Shown: positions 1 to 8,899 of the stretch, in pieces
Position numbering within the stretch: the stretch's first letter is position 1
How the letters are laid out: each line of letters starts with the position of its first letter
Source of the DNA: an uncultured Hydromonas sp.
GTDB lineage: Bacteria > Pseudomonadota > Gammaproteobacteria > Burkholderiales > Burkholderiaceae
NCBI GenBank assembly: GCA_964502825.1
Contig: CAZCYS010000002.1
Location: 2,968-37,422 of the forward strand
Length of the DNA stretch: 34,455 nt
Direction: 5' to 3'
Position numbers and translations under genes: made by a program
Notes under the pieces: generated by a model
Told to the model about the DNA's origin: nothing
Databases searched by the model: none
Seen by the model: the letters and a program-made list of their open reading frames with translations, nothing else

Positions 1-599
1 ACCGCATCGGTCGGAATATCGCGCGTATTGTTCACCGTGATGACCGCGGCGGCAAACGAGCCGAGCATGACACCGGCGAGTAGCGCCGCAAGCGACAGCG
101 AAAAAGTCTGTAAATAATACGTCCCGCCCACGGCTGCCACGCCAAAAAACATCAGCACAAACAATTCGCCCAGCAGTGAATACGCGATCGGCCAACGCCC
201 ACCGGTATACGCCCAGCCGGAGATCAACGAGGCAATACCAATCAATAAAATCGGCCAGCCGCCCCACGCCACGAGCGCCGCCCCCATCAGCAATGCCAGC
301 GCAAACGCCGCGCGTGCACCGCGTCGCACGGCACGCGCCGACAGCCACGCCTGCGCGGTTGCGCGCGGCGGGCCGAGACGCTCGGCAGTGTCTGCGCCGC
401 GCTCAAAATCACCGACATCGTTGTACAAATTCGTACCGATTTGAATCAACATAGCCGCCAACAACGCTGCCAGCGCCGGCCACCACAACAGATGGCCTTG
501 CTCAAAATAAGCCAAAGCCGTTCCGAATACAACCGGTACGGCACAAACCGATAGCGTTTTGGGCCGTATCGCCAGCCACCAAGCCGTGCATGGTTTCAT
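1..599 (-). CDS. menA: UbiA-family prenyltransferase, MenA-like (1,4-dihydroxy-2-naphthoate polyprenyltransferase). Only the N-terminal ~199 aa are present; the C-terminus runs off the left edge.
   Basis: Absent from the supplied ORF track because there is no stop inside the window. Reverse complement from the ATG at 597-599 reads MKPCTAWWLAIRPKTLSVCAVPVVFGTALA...IQIGTNLYNDVGDFERGADTAERLGPPR...WAYTGGRWPIAYSLLGELFVLMFFG...VNNTRDIPTD, open to position 1. The ND-xx-D-xxx-G-x-D and N-x-x-RD motifs and their spacing match E. coli MenA from memory. The 176..454 plus-strand ORF is its antisense shadow. Confidence 0.7.
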   Translation of the reverse strand, partial: MKPCTAWWLAIRPKTLSVCAVPVVFGTALAYFEQGHLLWWPALAALLAAMLIQIGTNLYNDVGDFERGADTAERLGPPRATAQAWLSARAVRRGARAAFALALLMGAALVAWGGWPILLIGIASLISGWAYTGGRWPIAYSLLGELFVLMFFGVAAVGGTYYLQTFSLSLAALLAGVMLGSFAAAVITVNNTRDIPTDA

Positions 600-648
600 C
601 ATCTTTTTATATCACAAAGTGAGCGCTGCACATCGAAGAACGCCCGTA

Positions 649-1212
649 TCATTCACCCTGTACAAACCGCATTAACTCATCCAAATGCCCGCCAAAATCA
701 CTCATGGCGTGATCACCCTCGGGCACAATGATCTGTCGCGCAGCGATCAAATGACGGCGCATCTGTTCCGGGTCGAGCACTTCGTCGGCCAGCCCGATCA
801 AAGCAAGGAAGCGCTCAGGATGCGTTAACGTCGGCGTGTAGTACGGTTTGAGTTGATCAACGTAATGACCGTTGACCTCTAAATCCAGCTCGTCTATCTC
901 ATAGCGCTCATGATTCTTGGACTCTTCCATATCGACCCACGGCGTAATCGCGGGATTGATCAGCCCGCAGCGCAAGCCATATTTTTCAGCCAAGTACAGC
1001 GCGTAAAATCCGCCGAGCGAGGAGCCGCACACGGCGGTGATGGCGTGCTGTGCAATCAGTTGTTCACACAGTTGAATCGATTCGAGCGGTGAAATCGGCA
1101 ACTGCGGCATGATCGGCGCATTCAGGCCATTCTTTTGACAATACTGCGCCACCGTCAGCGCTTTATCCGACTGTGGTGACGAACGAAATCCGTGCAAATA
1201 TAGTAAACGCAC
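649..1212 (-). CDS. yqiA: YqiA-like esterase (UPF0227 alpha/beta hydrolase), 187 aa
   Basis: N-terminal LYLHGFRSSPQSDKA and the nucleophile elbow GSSLGGFYA match the E. coli YqiA pattern (LYLHGFNSSPRSAKA / GSSLGGYYA), and the length is similar. GTG start at 1212 is preceded by a strong SD (AAGGGAGGG on the coding strand). Confidence 0.7.
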   Translation of the reverse strand: MRLLYLHGFRSSPQSDKALTVAQYCQKNGLNAPIMPQLPISPLESIQLCEQLIAQHAITAVCGSSLGGFYALYLAEKYGLRCGLINPAITPWVDMEESKNHERYEIDELDLEVNGHYVDQLKPYYTPTLTHPERFLALIGLADEVLDPEQMRRHLIAARQIIVPEGDHAMSDFGGHLDELMRFVQGE

Positions 1213-1249
1213 ACACCCTCCCTTATCTTGTTATGAGGTTGAATGATGA

Positions 1250-2041
1250 TTATTTGCCCGAGCGCAATTTTTTGACTCGGTCTTTGTGCGCCAGTGCTTG
1301 CGCGCGCGATTCGCGTGCGCTGTGTGCGCGAGCCTGACGCAGGGTGGATTCGACATAGGCGATGTGCGCCTGTGCCTGCGCCGTAGCGCGCGTGGCGTCA
1401 CGCGCGGCAATGGCGTCATAGATGGCTTGATGCTGCGCGCGCAGCTGTTGCTTGTCGCCGCCTGCGTTGAACATATTGGCCAAATTTTTCTGCGTATGGC
1501 GGTGCAGCATGGTCAGCAGGCTGTTGGACAGATGGCTGAACAGGACGTTGTGGCTCGCTTCGGCGATGGCTTGGTGAAAGCCGACGTCGGCCTCGGATTG
1601 TTGCTCCAGATTCTGTGTCTGCGCCGCCACATCCATCTGCTCCAAACACGAGCGAATGCGTTCCAAATCGGTCTCGGTCGCGCGCTCGGCAGCCAGTCCC
1701 GACATCATGCCTTCGAATGCACGGCGAAATTCGAGTACGTCAAACTCCATGTAGTCGTGGCGCGAGAGCAGGCTTTGCCACAGCGATAAAAAGTCCGAAT
1801 GCAACCGCTCGGATACATAATGCCCGCCACCGTGCCGCGTTTCAATCAGGTTGCGCGCGGCCAATGTACTCAGCGCGCCGCGCACGCTCGGGCGCGAGAC
1901 GCCGTAGTCCTCGGCCATCTGTCGCTCGGACGGCAAACGTTCGCCGACCGCGTACACGCCGTCTAAAATGAGTTGCTCCAAACTCTGCGCGAGCTGCTCA
2001 GAGAGTTTGCTGGAGTGAATCCGAGGGGTTTGGGAAGCCAT
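1250..2041 (-). CDS. lldR: GntR/FadR-family (FCD domain) transcriptional regulator, LldR/PdhR-like, 263 aa
   Basis: The winged-helix segment LPSERQMAEDYGVSRPSVRGALSTLAARNLIETRHGGGHYV is typical of GntR N-termini. The helical C-terminal domain is FadR/FCD-like. The gene is divergent from the lutACB-lldP genes and next to a PdhR/LldR-type operator. Confidence 0.65.
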   Translation of the reverse strand: MASQTPRIHSSKLSEQLAQSLEQLILDGVYAVGERLPSERQMAEDYGVSRPSVRGALSTLAARNLIETRHGGGHYVSERLHSDFLSLWQSLLSRHDYMEFDVLEFRRAFEGMMSGLAAERATETDLERIRSCLEQMDVAAQTQNLEQQSEADVGFHQAIAEASHNVLFSHLSNSLLTMLHRHTQKNLANMFNAGGDKQQLRAQHQAIYDAIAARDATRATAQAQAHIAYVESTLRQARAHSARESRAQALAHKDRVKKLRSGK

Positions 2042-2283
2042 ACGATGCCGACGCCTTTATCAATATATTTCGACGCTGCCGCACAAAAAACATGCAGGTA
2101 TGTTGCAGCGCACACATTATCGCTCATTATAGTTTTTCGCAGCGCGGGTATAAAGCCTTAAATGCTGCAAATACGCCTACTACACAGCCCCAACACCAAC
2201 CAGCGCACATAATTTCACCAAAATAGGGAGAAAACAGTTGACCAATCGGGTAAAAATTTTGTACAGTGTCGCTCACGCTTTTT

Positions 2284-2300
2284 AATTGGTATGACCAATT
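2284..2300. promoter_or_regulatory. Perfect 17-bp palindromic GntR-type operator AATTGGTATGACCAATT (PdhR/LldR consensus AATTGGTnnnACCAATT)
   Basis: Read directly: tttAATTGGTATGACCAATTtatc in the lldR/lutA divergent intergenic region. It overlaps a possible lutA promoter (TTGTAC 2259-2264, 17-18 nt spacer, TTAATT/TAATTG). A half-site TGACCAAT recurs at about 2239-2246. Confidence 0.55.
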
Positions 2301-2412
2301 TATCAAAAATACAAAATTATTCCGCATGAGTCACCGTGTCACGTGTCGCGCCGTTTCGTTTCACCGTCCACGATGAACCCATGCACCGACAAAGCGATGA
2401 TAGGAGACAACC

Positions 2413-3213
2413 ATGCGCATGGACATCAATGCCACTGCCGCGCCGTCAGTAACCGCCGCAACCGCCGTCACACCGCCGAGCGATGTGTACCTGTTCGGCA
2501 CTTGCGTGTTGGATATTTTCATGCCCGAAGCGGGCATGGACGCGATCACCCTGCTTGAAACGCAAGGCATCCGCGTGCATTATCCGCAGGCGCAAAGCTG
2601 CTGCGGCCAACCGGCCTACACCTCGGGGCATCCGCAAGAGGCGTTTGAGGTCGCGCGCCAGCAATTATCCCTGTTTGAGCAACCGTGGCCGATCATCGTG
2701 CCATCCGGCTCGTGCGGCGGCATGATGAAGCACCACTGGCCGACCTTGTTTGCCGATAGCGAATATGCCGGCGCCGCCAACGACATTGCCAGCCGCGTGG
2801 TCGAATTCTCCCAATTTTTATTGCACACGTTAAATTATCAACCTCAGGACAAGGGCGCGCCGATCAACGTCGCCGTACACACCAGTTGCACCGCACGTCG
2901 CGAAATGGGCGTGCATGAATCCAGTTGGGCGCTGGTTGAGCGCCTCGCCAATGTGACCCGCGTGGTGCACGACCACGAATCCGAATGCTGCGGCTTCGGC
3001 GGCACTTTCTCGATGAAACACCCGAATATCTCCGGCGCGATGGTCAGCGATAAAGTCGCCGCGCTCAAGGCCACGCAAGCGACCGAAATCATCAGCGCAG
3101 ACGCAGGCTGTATGCTCAACATCGGCGGCAAAATTGCCAAAGACGAGCCGAACATGCCGCGACCGAAGCATTTGGCAACGTTTTTACTCGAACGCACGGG
3201 AGGCAAAGCATGA
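2413..3213 (+). CDS. lutA: L-lactate utilisation protein LutA (YkgE-like Fe-S oxidoreductase with CCG motifs), 266 aa
   Basis: VYLFGTCVLDIF...QSCCGQPAYTSGH and ECCGFGGTFS are the two CCG cysteine-rich motifs. SD AGGAGA lies 6 nt upstream of the ATG. The stop overlaps the next start (ATGA). Confidence 0.85.
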   Translation: MRMDINATAAPSVTAATAVTPPSDVYLFGTCVLDIFMPEAGMDAITLLETQGIRVHYPQAQSCCGQPAYTSGHPQEAFEVARQQLSLFEQPWPIIVPSGSCGGMMKHHWPTLFADSEYAGAANDIASRVVEFSQFLLHTLNYQPQDKGAPINVAVHTSCTARREMGVHESSWALVERLANVTRVVHDHESECCGFGGTFSMKHPNISGAMVSDKVAALKATQATEIISADAGCMLNIGGKIAKDEPNMPRPKHLATFLLERTGGKA

Positions 3214-3947
3214 GCACTCCTTTTGATCTCAAACGCACATCGCAAACCGCGCGCGAACGTATTTTTGCCAAACTGAACGCCGCTCAGCGCGCGCCGATGC
3301 CGGAGCCGGATACCGCCGCCTACTACGCGCAAGCCACGCCGAAATGGTCGAATGAGATTGAACGACTGAAGCACTGGGCGCGCACCATGCGCCGCTTCAA
3401 CACGCAGATTCATTGGGTCAATGCAGACAATTGGACAGAAGCCTTGTGTGCGGTGGTGCGCGACAAGCAGATTGGCAACATCCTATTGCCGATGAACACC
3501 GCTCATGGCCAAGCGGCGCATCAAGCCTTGGCTCAACACGCGCCCGAAATCCAATCCTGCGGTTTTGAACGTCCGATTGAGGATTGGAAAGACGAATTGT
3601 TTGATCGGGTTGACGCGGGTTTCACCAATATTTGCGCCGGCATTGCCCAGACCGGCACGCTGCTGCTGTGGCCGGATGCGCAGCAACCGCGCAGCATGAG
3701 CTTGGTGCCACCGATCCACATTGCGCTGTTTGACACCACGACACTGCACGATGATTTTTTCAGCGCGATGCAGTCGCTGGGACTGGCGCACAACACGCCG
3801 AGCAATCTGGTGTTGATCTCCAGCCCATCCAAAACCTCGGACATTCAGTTGACCTTGGCCTTTGGCGCACACGGACCGCGCGATTTGGTGGTGCTGGCGC
3901 AATTGCCCGCGCATATTGCGCTGGCCGACGTGGAGGAAGCCGCATGA
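3210..3947 (+). CDS. lutC: L-lactate utilisation protein LutC (YkgG-like, LUD domain), 245 aa
   Basis: ARERIFAKLNAA N-terminus and AGIAQTGTLLLWPD...RSMSLVPPIHIALF are characteristic of LutC/LUD-domain proteins. ATGA overlaps at both ends indicate translational coupling. Confidence 0.8.
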   Translation: MSTPFDLKRTSQTARERIFAKLNAAQRAPMPEPDTAAYYAQATPKWSNEIERLKHWARTMRRFNTQIHWVNADNWTEALCAVVRDKQIGNILLPMNTAHGQAAHQALAQHAPEIQSCGFERPIEDWKDELFDRVDAGFTNICAGIAQTGTLLLWPDAQQPRSMSLVPPIHIALFDTTTLHDDFFSAMQSLGLAHNTPSNLVLISSPSKTSDIQLTLAFGAHGPRDLVVLAQLPAHIALADVEEAA

Positions 3948-5401
3948 AAACGCAGACGATTCATTTTCACCCCAAAGCGCACCCCAAAAGCGAAACCTTC
4001 AAAGCCAACGCCTCCGACGCACTGGCCGATGCGCCGCTGCGCAAAAGTCTGCGAACGGCGATGGACGGCCTGATGGCTAAGCGCAAATCCGTCCTGTCCG
4101 ACGAGCACGAACTGCAAACCCTGCGCGATTTGTGCGAACACATCCGCCAGCGTTCACTGGCGCAATTGCCCGAGCTGCTCACACAGTTGGAAACGAACCT
4201 GACACGTTTGGGCGTGCAGGTGCATTGGGCGGAAACCACCGAACAGGCCTGCGCCATCATCCATCAAATCATGTTGGATAAAAACAGCACCTTGATGGTC
4301 AAAGGCAAATCGATGGTCAGCGAGGAAATCGAGCTAAACCACTATCTCGCCGAACGCGACATCGAGGCCATCGAGAGTGATATGGGCGAATACATCGTGC
4401 AAATGGCGGGCGAAAAACCGACGCACATCGTCATGCCCGCGATTCACAAAACCAAGGAGCAGATCAGCACGCTGTTTCACGAACACCTGCACACCACCGA
4501 GACGCACGATGTGGACGAGTTGATCCAAATCGGTCGTCACGCGCTACGCAGTGTTTATCGTCGTGCGGACGTGGGGCTGTCAGGTGTGAATTTCGCCGTC
4601 GCCGAGACCGGCACGCTGTGTTTGGTTGAAAACGAAGGCAATGGCCGCCTGTGCACCACCGTGCCACCCGTGCATATTGCGATCACAGGCATTGAAAAAG
4701 TCGTGGCGAAACTCTCCGACGTCGTGCCGCTGTACAGCCTGCTCACGCGCAGCGCGGTCGGCTTGGACATCACCACCTATTTCAACCTCATCACCGGCCC
4801 GCGTCGCTCGGGCGAGCTGGACGGCCCGCAGGAAATGCACTTGGTGCTGCTGGACAATGGCCGCACGCAAGCCTACGCCGACGAGCAAATGCGCAAAACC
4901 TTGCAATGCATTCGCTGCGGCGCGTGCATGAACCACTGCCCCGTGTACAGCCGCATCGGCGGCGCGGCCTACGGCACAACTTACCCAGGGCCGATCGGCG
5001 AAATTATTTCACCGCACATGATGGGATTGGAGGCGACCCGCGATCTGCCAACCGCCTCCAGTCTGTGCGGCGCGTGTGCCGAGGTCTGTCCCGTGCGCAT
5101 CCCGATTCCGGAGCTGTTGATTCGCCTGCGTACCGAGGCGCAACGCGCGCCCGACGAGGTGGTTGAGCACGCCGTGCGTGGCCAAGGCGCATCGCACACA
5201 TTGAGCGAGCAGATGGCTTGGCGCGCCTTCACAGGGATTTTCGCGCACAGCAAACGCTACAAACTGTTCAGTTGGGCCGCGACCCGTTTTCGCGCCCTCA
5301 CGCCGAGCCAAAAGGCATGGGCGCAAAACCACACGCCGCTCAAACCAGCGGCAAAAACCTTGCACCAACTGATGGCTGAGCGCGAGCGACAGAATCCATA
5401 A
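3944..5401 (+). CDS. lutB: L-lactate utilisation iron-sulfur protein LutB (YkgF-like), 485 aa
   Basis: Two 4Fe-4S ferredoxin motifs (CIRCGACMNHCP and CGACAEVCP) plus a LUD-type N-terminal domain (VNFAVAETGTLCLVENEGNGRL). Sits in an operon with lutA/lutC. Confidence 0.85.
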   Translation: MKTQTIHFHPKAHPKSETFKANASDALADAPLRKSLRTAMDGLMAKRKSVLSDEHELQTLRDLCEHIRQRSLAQLPELLTQLETNLTRLGVQVHWAETTEQACAIIHQIMLDKNSTLMVKGKSMVSEEIELNHYLAERDIEAIESDMGEYIVQMAGEKPTHIVMPAIHKTKEQISTLFHEHLHTTETHDVDELIQIGRHALRSVYRRADVGLSGVNFAVAETGTLCLVENEGNGRLCTTVPPVHIAITGIEKVVAKLSDVVPLYSLLTRSAVGLDITTYFNLITGPRRSGELDGPQEMHLVLLDNGRTQAYADEQMRKTLQCIRCGACMNHCPVYSRIGGAAYGTTYPGPIGEIISPHMMGLEATRDLPTASSLCGACAEVCPVRIPIPELLIRLRTEAQRAPDEVVEHAVRGQGASHTLSEQMAWRAFTGIFAHSKRYKLFSWAATRFRALTPSQKAWAQNHTPLKPAAKTLHQLMAERERQNP

Positions 5402-5431
5402 ATGCGCATCCGCACCAGCCAACCGAATTGA

Positions 5432-5500
5432 CGGGGGTGTGTCGTGGCGAATCACATAGGGCAGACGACCCAAATCACACACACCACGGCACGCCCCGTT
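5432..5500 (+). other. Long imperfect inverted repeat downstream of lutB (arms 5432-5448 and 5485-5500, ~36-nt loop)
   Basis: acgggggtgtgtcgtgg ... ccacggcacgccccgt gives about 14 pairs if G-U wobbles are allowed. No T-run follows, so it is not a canonical intrinsic terminator. Confidence 0.3.
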
Positions 5501-5627
5501 CAATCTGCGTCGTTGTTCATCGCATTTCGCACCGACGGCGTAGTCACACAACACCTAAACAGCAGTCTTGGCAGTACCACCGCAGTTATAGGTGAATTTT
5601 ATATGTAGCCCTAAAGGAGACTCTTTC

Positions 5628-7280
5628 ATGCAAACTTGGTTGCAAAACTACACGGCCGTCGGGGACAGCTTATGGCTGACTGCGGCGATTGCCGTCCTAC
5701 CGATTGTGTTTTTCTTCGTTGCGCTCGCCCTATTGCGTTTAAAAGGCCATGTCGCAGGTTTTTTCACCTTGCTCATTGCACTGGGCGTCGCAATTTTCGC
5801 CTATAAAATGCCGGTCAGCATGGCGGTTTCTGCCGCTCTGTACGGTTTTGCCTACGGCTTGTGGCCGATCGCATGGATCATCATCACCGCCGTATTTTTG
5901 TACAAAATCACGGTCAAAACCGGTCAGTTTGACGTGATTCGCGCCTCGGTCGTGTCAATCACCGAAGACCAACGGCTGCAAATGCTGCTGGTCGGTTTCT
6001 CCTTCGGCGCGTTTTTAGAGGGTGCGGCGGGCTTTGGCGCACCTGTGGCGATTACCGGCGCGCTGTTGGTCGGGCTGGGCTTTAATCCGCTGTACGCCGC
6101 CGGTTTGTGCTTGATTGCCAATACCGCACCCGTGGCATTCGGCGCGATGGGCATTCCGATCACCGTCGCCGGTCAAGTGTCCGGCCTCGACCCGTACCAC
6201 ATCGGTCAATTGGCCGGTCGCCAACTGCCGATTTTGTCGGTGATCGTGCCGTTTTGGTTGGTTGCGATGATGGATGGCATGCGCGGCATTCGCCAAACAT
6301 GGCCGGCGATTTTGGTCGCGGGCGTGTCGTTTGCGATTACTCAGTTTTTGACCGCCAACTTCATCGGGCCGGAATTGCCGGACGTGACCTCGGCCTTGGT
6401 CAGCTTGATCTGTTTGTCGCTGTTCCTGAAAAAATGGCAGCCGGAAGAAATTTTCACCTTCGATGGCATGCGCCAACCCAAACTGATCGGCTCCGCTGCC
6501 AAACAGTACACCACCGGCCAAGTGATCAAGGCATGGTCACCGTTTGCGATTTTGACCGTGTTCGTGACCATCTGGACGATCAAACCGTTCCAAGCGTTTT
6601 TGGACAGCTTCAGCACGTTTAAATTTGCGTGGCCGGGTTTGGATAAATTGGTGTTGAAAGCCGCACCGATTGTCGCCGCACCCAAGCCGTATGAAGCGGT
6701 GTACAAATTGAACCTGCTCGGCGCGGTCGGCACAGCGATTTTGCTCTCTGCCATCGTCTCGATCATCATTTTGAAAATGAAACCGGCGGACGCACTCAAA
6801 ACCTTCCGCGAAACTCTGTACGAATTGCGCTTCCCGATTTTATCGATTGGCTTGGTATTGGCCTTCGCCTTCGTCGCCAACTACTCCGGTTTGTCATCGA
6901 CATTGGCCTTGGTTTTGGCGGGCACAGGCGTCGCGTTCCCGTTCTTCTCTCCATTCCTCGGCTGGCTGGGCGTGTTCTTAACCGGATCGGACACCTCGTC
7001 CAACGCGCTGTTCGGCTCCTTGCAGGCGTCCACCGCACACCAAATTGGCATTGACCCGAATCTCACCGTCGCGGCCAATACCACCGGCGGCGTGACCGGC
7101 AAAATGATTTCACCGCAGTCCATCGCCGTGGCGTGTGCCGCCGTCGGCTTGGCAGGCAAAGAATCGAACCTGTTCCGCTTCACGGTCAAACACAGCCTGA
7201 TTTTGTGTACGATCGTCGGCATCATGACGGTGTTACAAGCGTATGTGCTGCCGTGGACTTTGCATTTGTTTACTAAATAA
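5628..7280 (+). CDS. lldP: L-lactate permease (LctP family), 550 aa from the preferred start
   Basis: Polytopic membrane protein with the LctP-type pattern ([19 protein letters not shown]..., [33 protein letters not shown]). The ORF track starts at GTG 5592, but ATG 5628 sits 7 nt after AAAGGAGA. Confidence 0.9.
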   Translation: MQTWLQNYTAVGDSLWLTAAIAVLPIVFFFVALALLRLKGHVAGFFTLLIALGVAIFAYKMPVSMAVSAALYGFAYGLWPIAWIIITAVFLYKITVKTGQFDVIRASVVSITEDQRLQMLLVGFSFGAFLEGAAGFGAPVAITGALLVGLGFNPLYAAGLCLIANTAPVAFGAMGIPITVAGQVSGLDPYHIGQLAGRQLPILSVIVPFWLVAMMDGMRGIRQTWPAILVAGVSFAITQFLTANFIGPELPDVTSALVSLICLSLFLKKWQPEEIFTFDGMRQPKLIGSAAKQYTTGQVIKAWSPFAILTVFVTIWTIKPFQAFLDSFSTFKFAWPGLDKLVLKAAPIVAAPKPYEAVYKLNLLGAVGTAILLSAIVSIIILKMKPADALKTFRETLYELRFPILSIGLVLAFAFVANYSGLSSTLALVLAGTGVAFPFFSPFLGWLGVFLTGSDTSSNALFGSLQASTAHQIGIDPNLTVAANTTGGVTGKMISPQSIAVACAAVGLAGKESNLFRFTVKHSLILCTIVGIMTVLQAYVLPWTLHLFTK

Positions 7281-7301
7281 TAACCACATCAACACAAAAA
7301 C

Positions 7302-7329
7302 AAAGGGGCTGAATCATTCAGCCCCTTTT
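7302..7329. terminator. Bidirectional rho-independent terminator between convergent lldP and mpl
   Basis: aaaggggctgaa-tca-ttcagccccttt is a 12-bp stem. It is followed by TTTT on the plus strand, and by TTTGTTTTTG when read on the minus strand. Confidence 0.75.
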
Positions 7330-7355
7330 GTATGTCACTCATTGTATGTCACTCA
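7328..7355. repeat. Perfect 14-bp tandem duplication (ttgtatgtcactca x2)
   Basis: Read directly at 7328-7341 and 7342-7355, between the terminator and the mpl stop codon. A third partial copy (cactca) follows. Confidence 0.8.
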
Positions 7356-7362
7356 ACTGCAC

Positions 7363-8733
7363 TCAATCCAAGGCATCCAGCAGCTTTTGATGCACGCCGC
7401 CAAAGCCTCCGTTGCTCATCACCAAAATCTGATCGCCCGCACGCGCCTGCGCCTTGACCGCCTGCACCAACTCAGTCAGATCATCAAACGCACGCGCCTT
7501 TTCACCCAGCGGCGACAAAGATTCGGCCAAATCCCAGCCGAGTGCATCCTTGCCCTCGCTTGCTCCGTAGCCAAATACCAAATCCGCGTCACGCAAAGAT
7601 TCAGGCAGTTGCGCCTTCATCACCCCGAGTTTCATGGTGTTGGAGCGCGGCTCCAGTACCGCCAAAATACGCGCTGAACCAACGCGTTTGCGCAGCCCTG
7701 CAACCGTGGTGGTGATCGCCGTCGGATGATGCGCGAAGTCGTCGTACACCGTGATGTCGTTGACCACGCCTTTGATCTCCATGCGGCGTTTGGGCATACG
7801 GTAGCGCGCAAACGACTCAATCGCGGTTTTCGGCTCCACACCCACATGACGCGCAGCGACAATGGCGGCCAAGGCATTCAGGCGATTGTGCTCGCCCGTG
7901 ACATCCCAGTGTACGCGCCCTTGTAGCTGCCCTTCAAACAACACGTCAAAGCTGTCGTCCGCACCGACATTGGCGATCTGCCAATCGGCTGGCACGCGCG
8001 CATCAGCAAAGCGCGTAATCGGCGTCCACGCCCCTTTGGCGAGCGTTTCATCCAGCGCGGCTTCATGCGCATTGGACACGATCAAACCATTATTCGGAAT
8101 CGTGCGCACGAGGTGGTGAAACTGCGTCTGAATCGCTGCGAGGTCAGCGAAAATATCGGCGTGATCGAATTCCAGATTATTCAAAACCGCGGTGCGCGGA
8201 CGGTAATGCACGAATTTACTGCGCTTGTCGAAAAACGCGGTGTCGTACTCATCCGCCTCAATCACGAAAAACGGATCGTCGGTCAAACGCGCGGAAATGC
8301 CAAAGTTATTCGGCACGCCGCCAATTAAAAAGCCTGGGTTCAGTCCTGCATCTTCGAGTAGCCAAGCGAGCATCGAGCTGGTGGTGGTTTTGCCGTGCGT
8401 ACCCGCCACCGCGAGCACCCACTTGTCGCGCAGAACGTGTTCACCCAACCACTGCGGGCCGGAAATATACGGCAAGCCCTGATCCAAAATCGCTTCCATC
8501 AGCGGATTGCCACGCGAAACCACATTGCCAATCACGAATACATCCGGTTTGAGGTCAATCTGCGCGGCATCAAAGCCGCTGATGAGCTCAATGCCTTGTT
8601 CTTCTAACTGCGTGCTCATCGGCGGATAAACGTTCGCATCGCAGCCGGTGACGCGGTAGCCCGCCTGTTTCGCAATGGCGGCGATTCCGCCCATAAACGT
8701 GCCGCAAATGCCGAGAATGTGTATGTGTTGCAT
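7363..8733 (-). CDS. mpl: UDP-N-acetylmuramate:L-alanyl-gamma-D-glutamyl-meso-diaminopimelate ligase (murein peptide ligase), 456 aa from the preferred start
   Basis: MQHIHILGICGTFMGGIAAIAKQAGYRVTGCDANVYPPMSTQLEEQGIELI is nearly collinear with E. coli Mpl (MRIHILGICGTFMGGLAMLA...). The ORF-track start at 8763 is a TTG. A TACAAT -10-like hexamer on the coding strand (8774-8779) would place a transcript start inside that extension, which favours ATG 8733. Confidence 0.9.
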   Translation of the reverse strand: MQHIHILGICGTFMGGIAAIAKQAGYRVTGCDANVYPPMSTQLEEQGIELISGFDAAQIDLKPDVFVIGNVVSRGNPLMEAILDQGLPYISGPQWLGEHVLRDKWVLAVAGTHGKTTTSSMLAWLLEDAGLNPGFLIGGVPNNFGISARLTDDPFFVIEADEYDTAFFDKRSKFVHYRPRTAVLNNLEFDHADIFADLAAIQTQFHHLVRTIPNNGLIVSNAHEAALDETLAKGAWTPITRFADARVPADWQIANVGADDSFDVLFEGQLQGRVHWDVTGEHNRLNALAAIVAARHVGVEPKTAIESFARYRMPKRRMEIKGVVNDITVYDDFAHHPTAITTTVAGLRKRVGSARILAVLEPRSNTMKLGVMKAQLPESLRDADLVFGYGASEGKDALGWDLAESLSPLGEKARAFDDLTELVQAVKAQARAGDQILVMSNGGFGGVHQKLLDALD

Positions 8734-8837
8734 GCCAGTATCCGTGTGATTGGAGGGGTTCAAATAAGGCGCTATTGTAACGCATCGCGGTGATTAAAAA
8801 CATCGCAGGCGGCGTTGGTGACTGTGTTGACAAGAAA

Positions 8838-8860
8838 ATGGCATGTCTGTGACATGCCAT
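8838..8860 (-). terminator. Probable intrinsic terminator after the nitronate-monooxygenase-family gene
   Basis: atggcatgtc-tgt-gacatgccat is a perfect 10-bp stem. Read on the minus strand it is followed by TTTTCTT. Confidence 0.5.
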
Positions 8861-8899
8861 ACTCTACGTACTCTAAATAAGGAACCGTTGCTCAAAAGA

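Noticed and set aside
176-454. 92-aa plus-strand ORF at the left edge
   Set aside because: Its composition is Arg/Pro/Ala-rich and it is antisense to a well-motifed MenA-like reading frame that stays open from 599 to position 1.
2127-2327. 66-aa minus-strand ORF in the lldR-lutA intergenic region, with a hydrophobic Cys/Trp-rich C-terminus, overlapping the operator
   Set aside because: Its AT-rich codon choice (aat, ttt, ata, tta) is unlike every confident gene in the window. It has no SD and spans promoter and operator DNA. It is most simply chance reading of an AT-rich regulatory region. It could be revisited if ribosome-profiling data exist.
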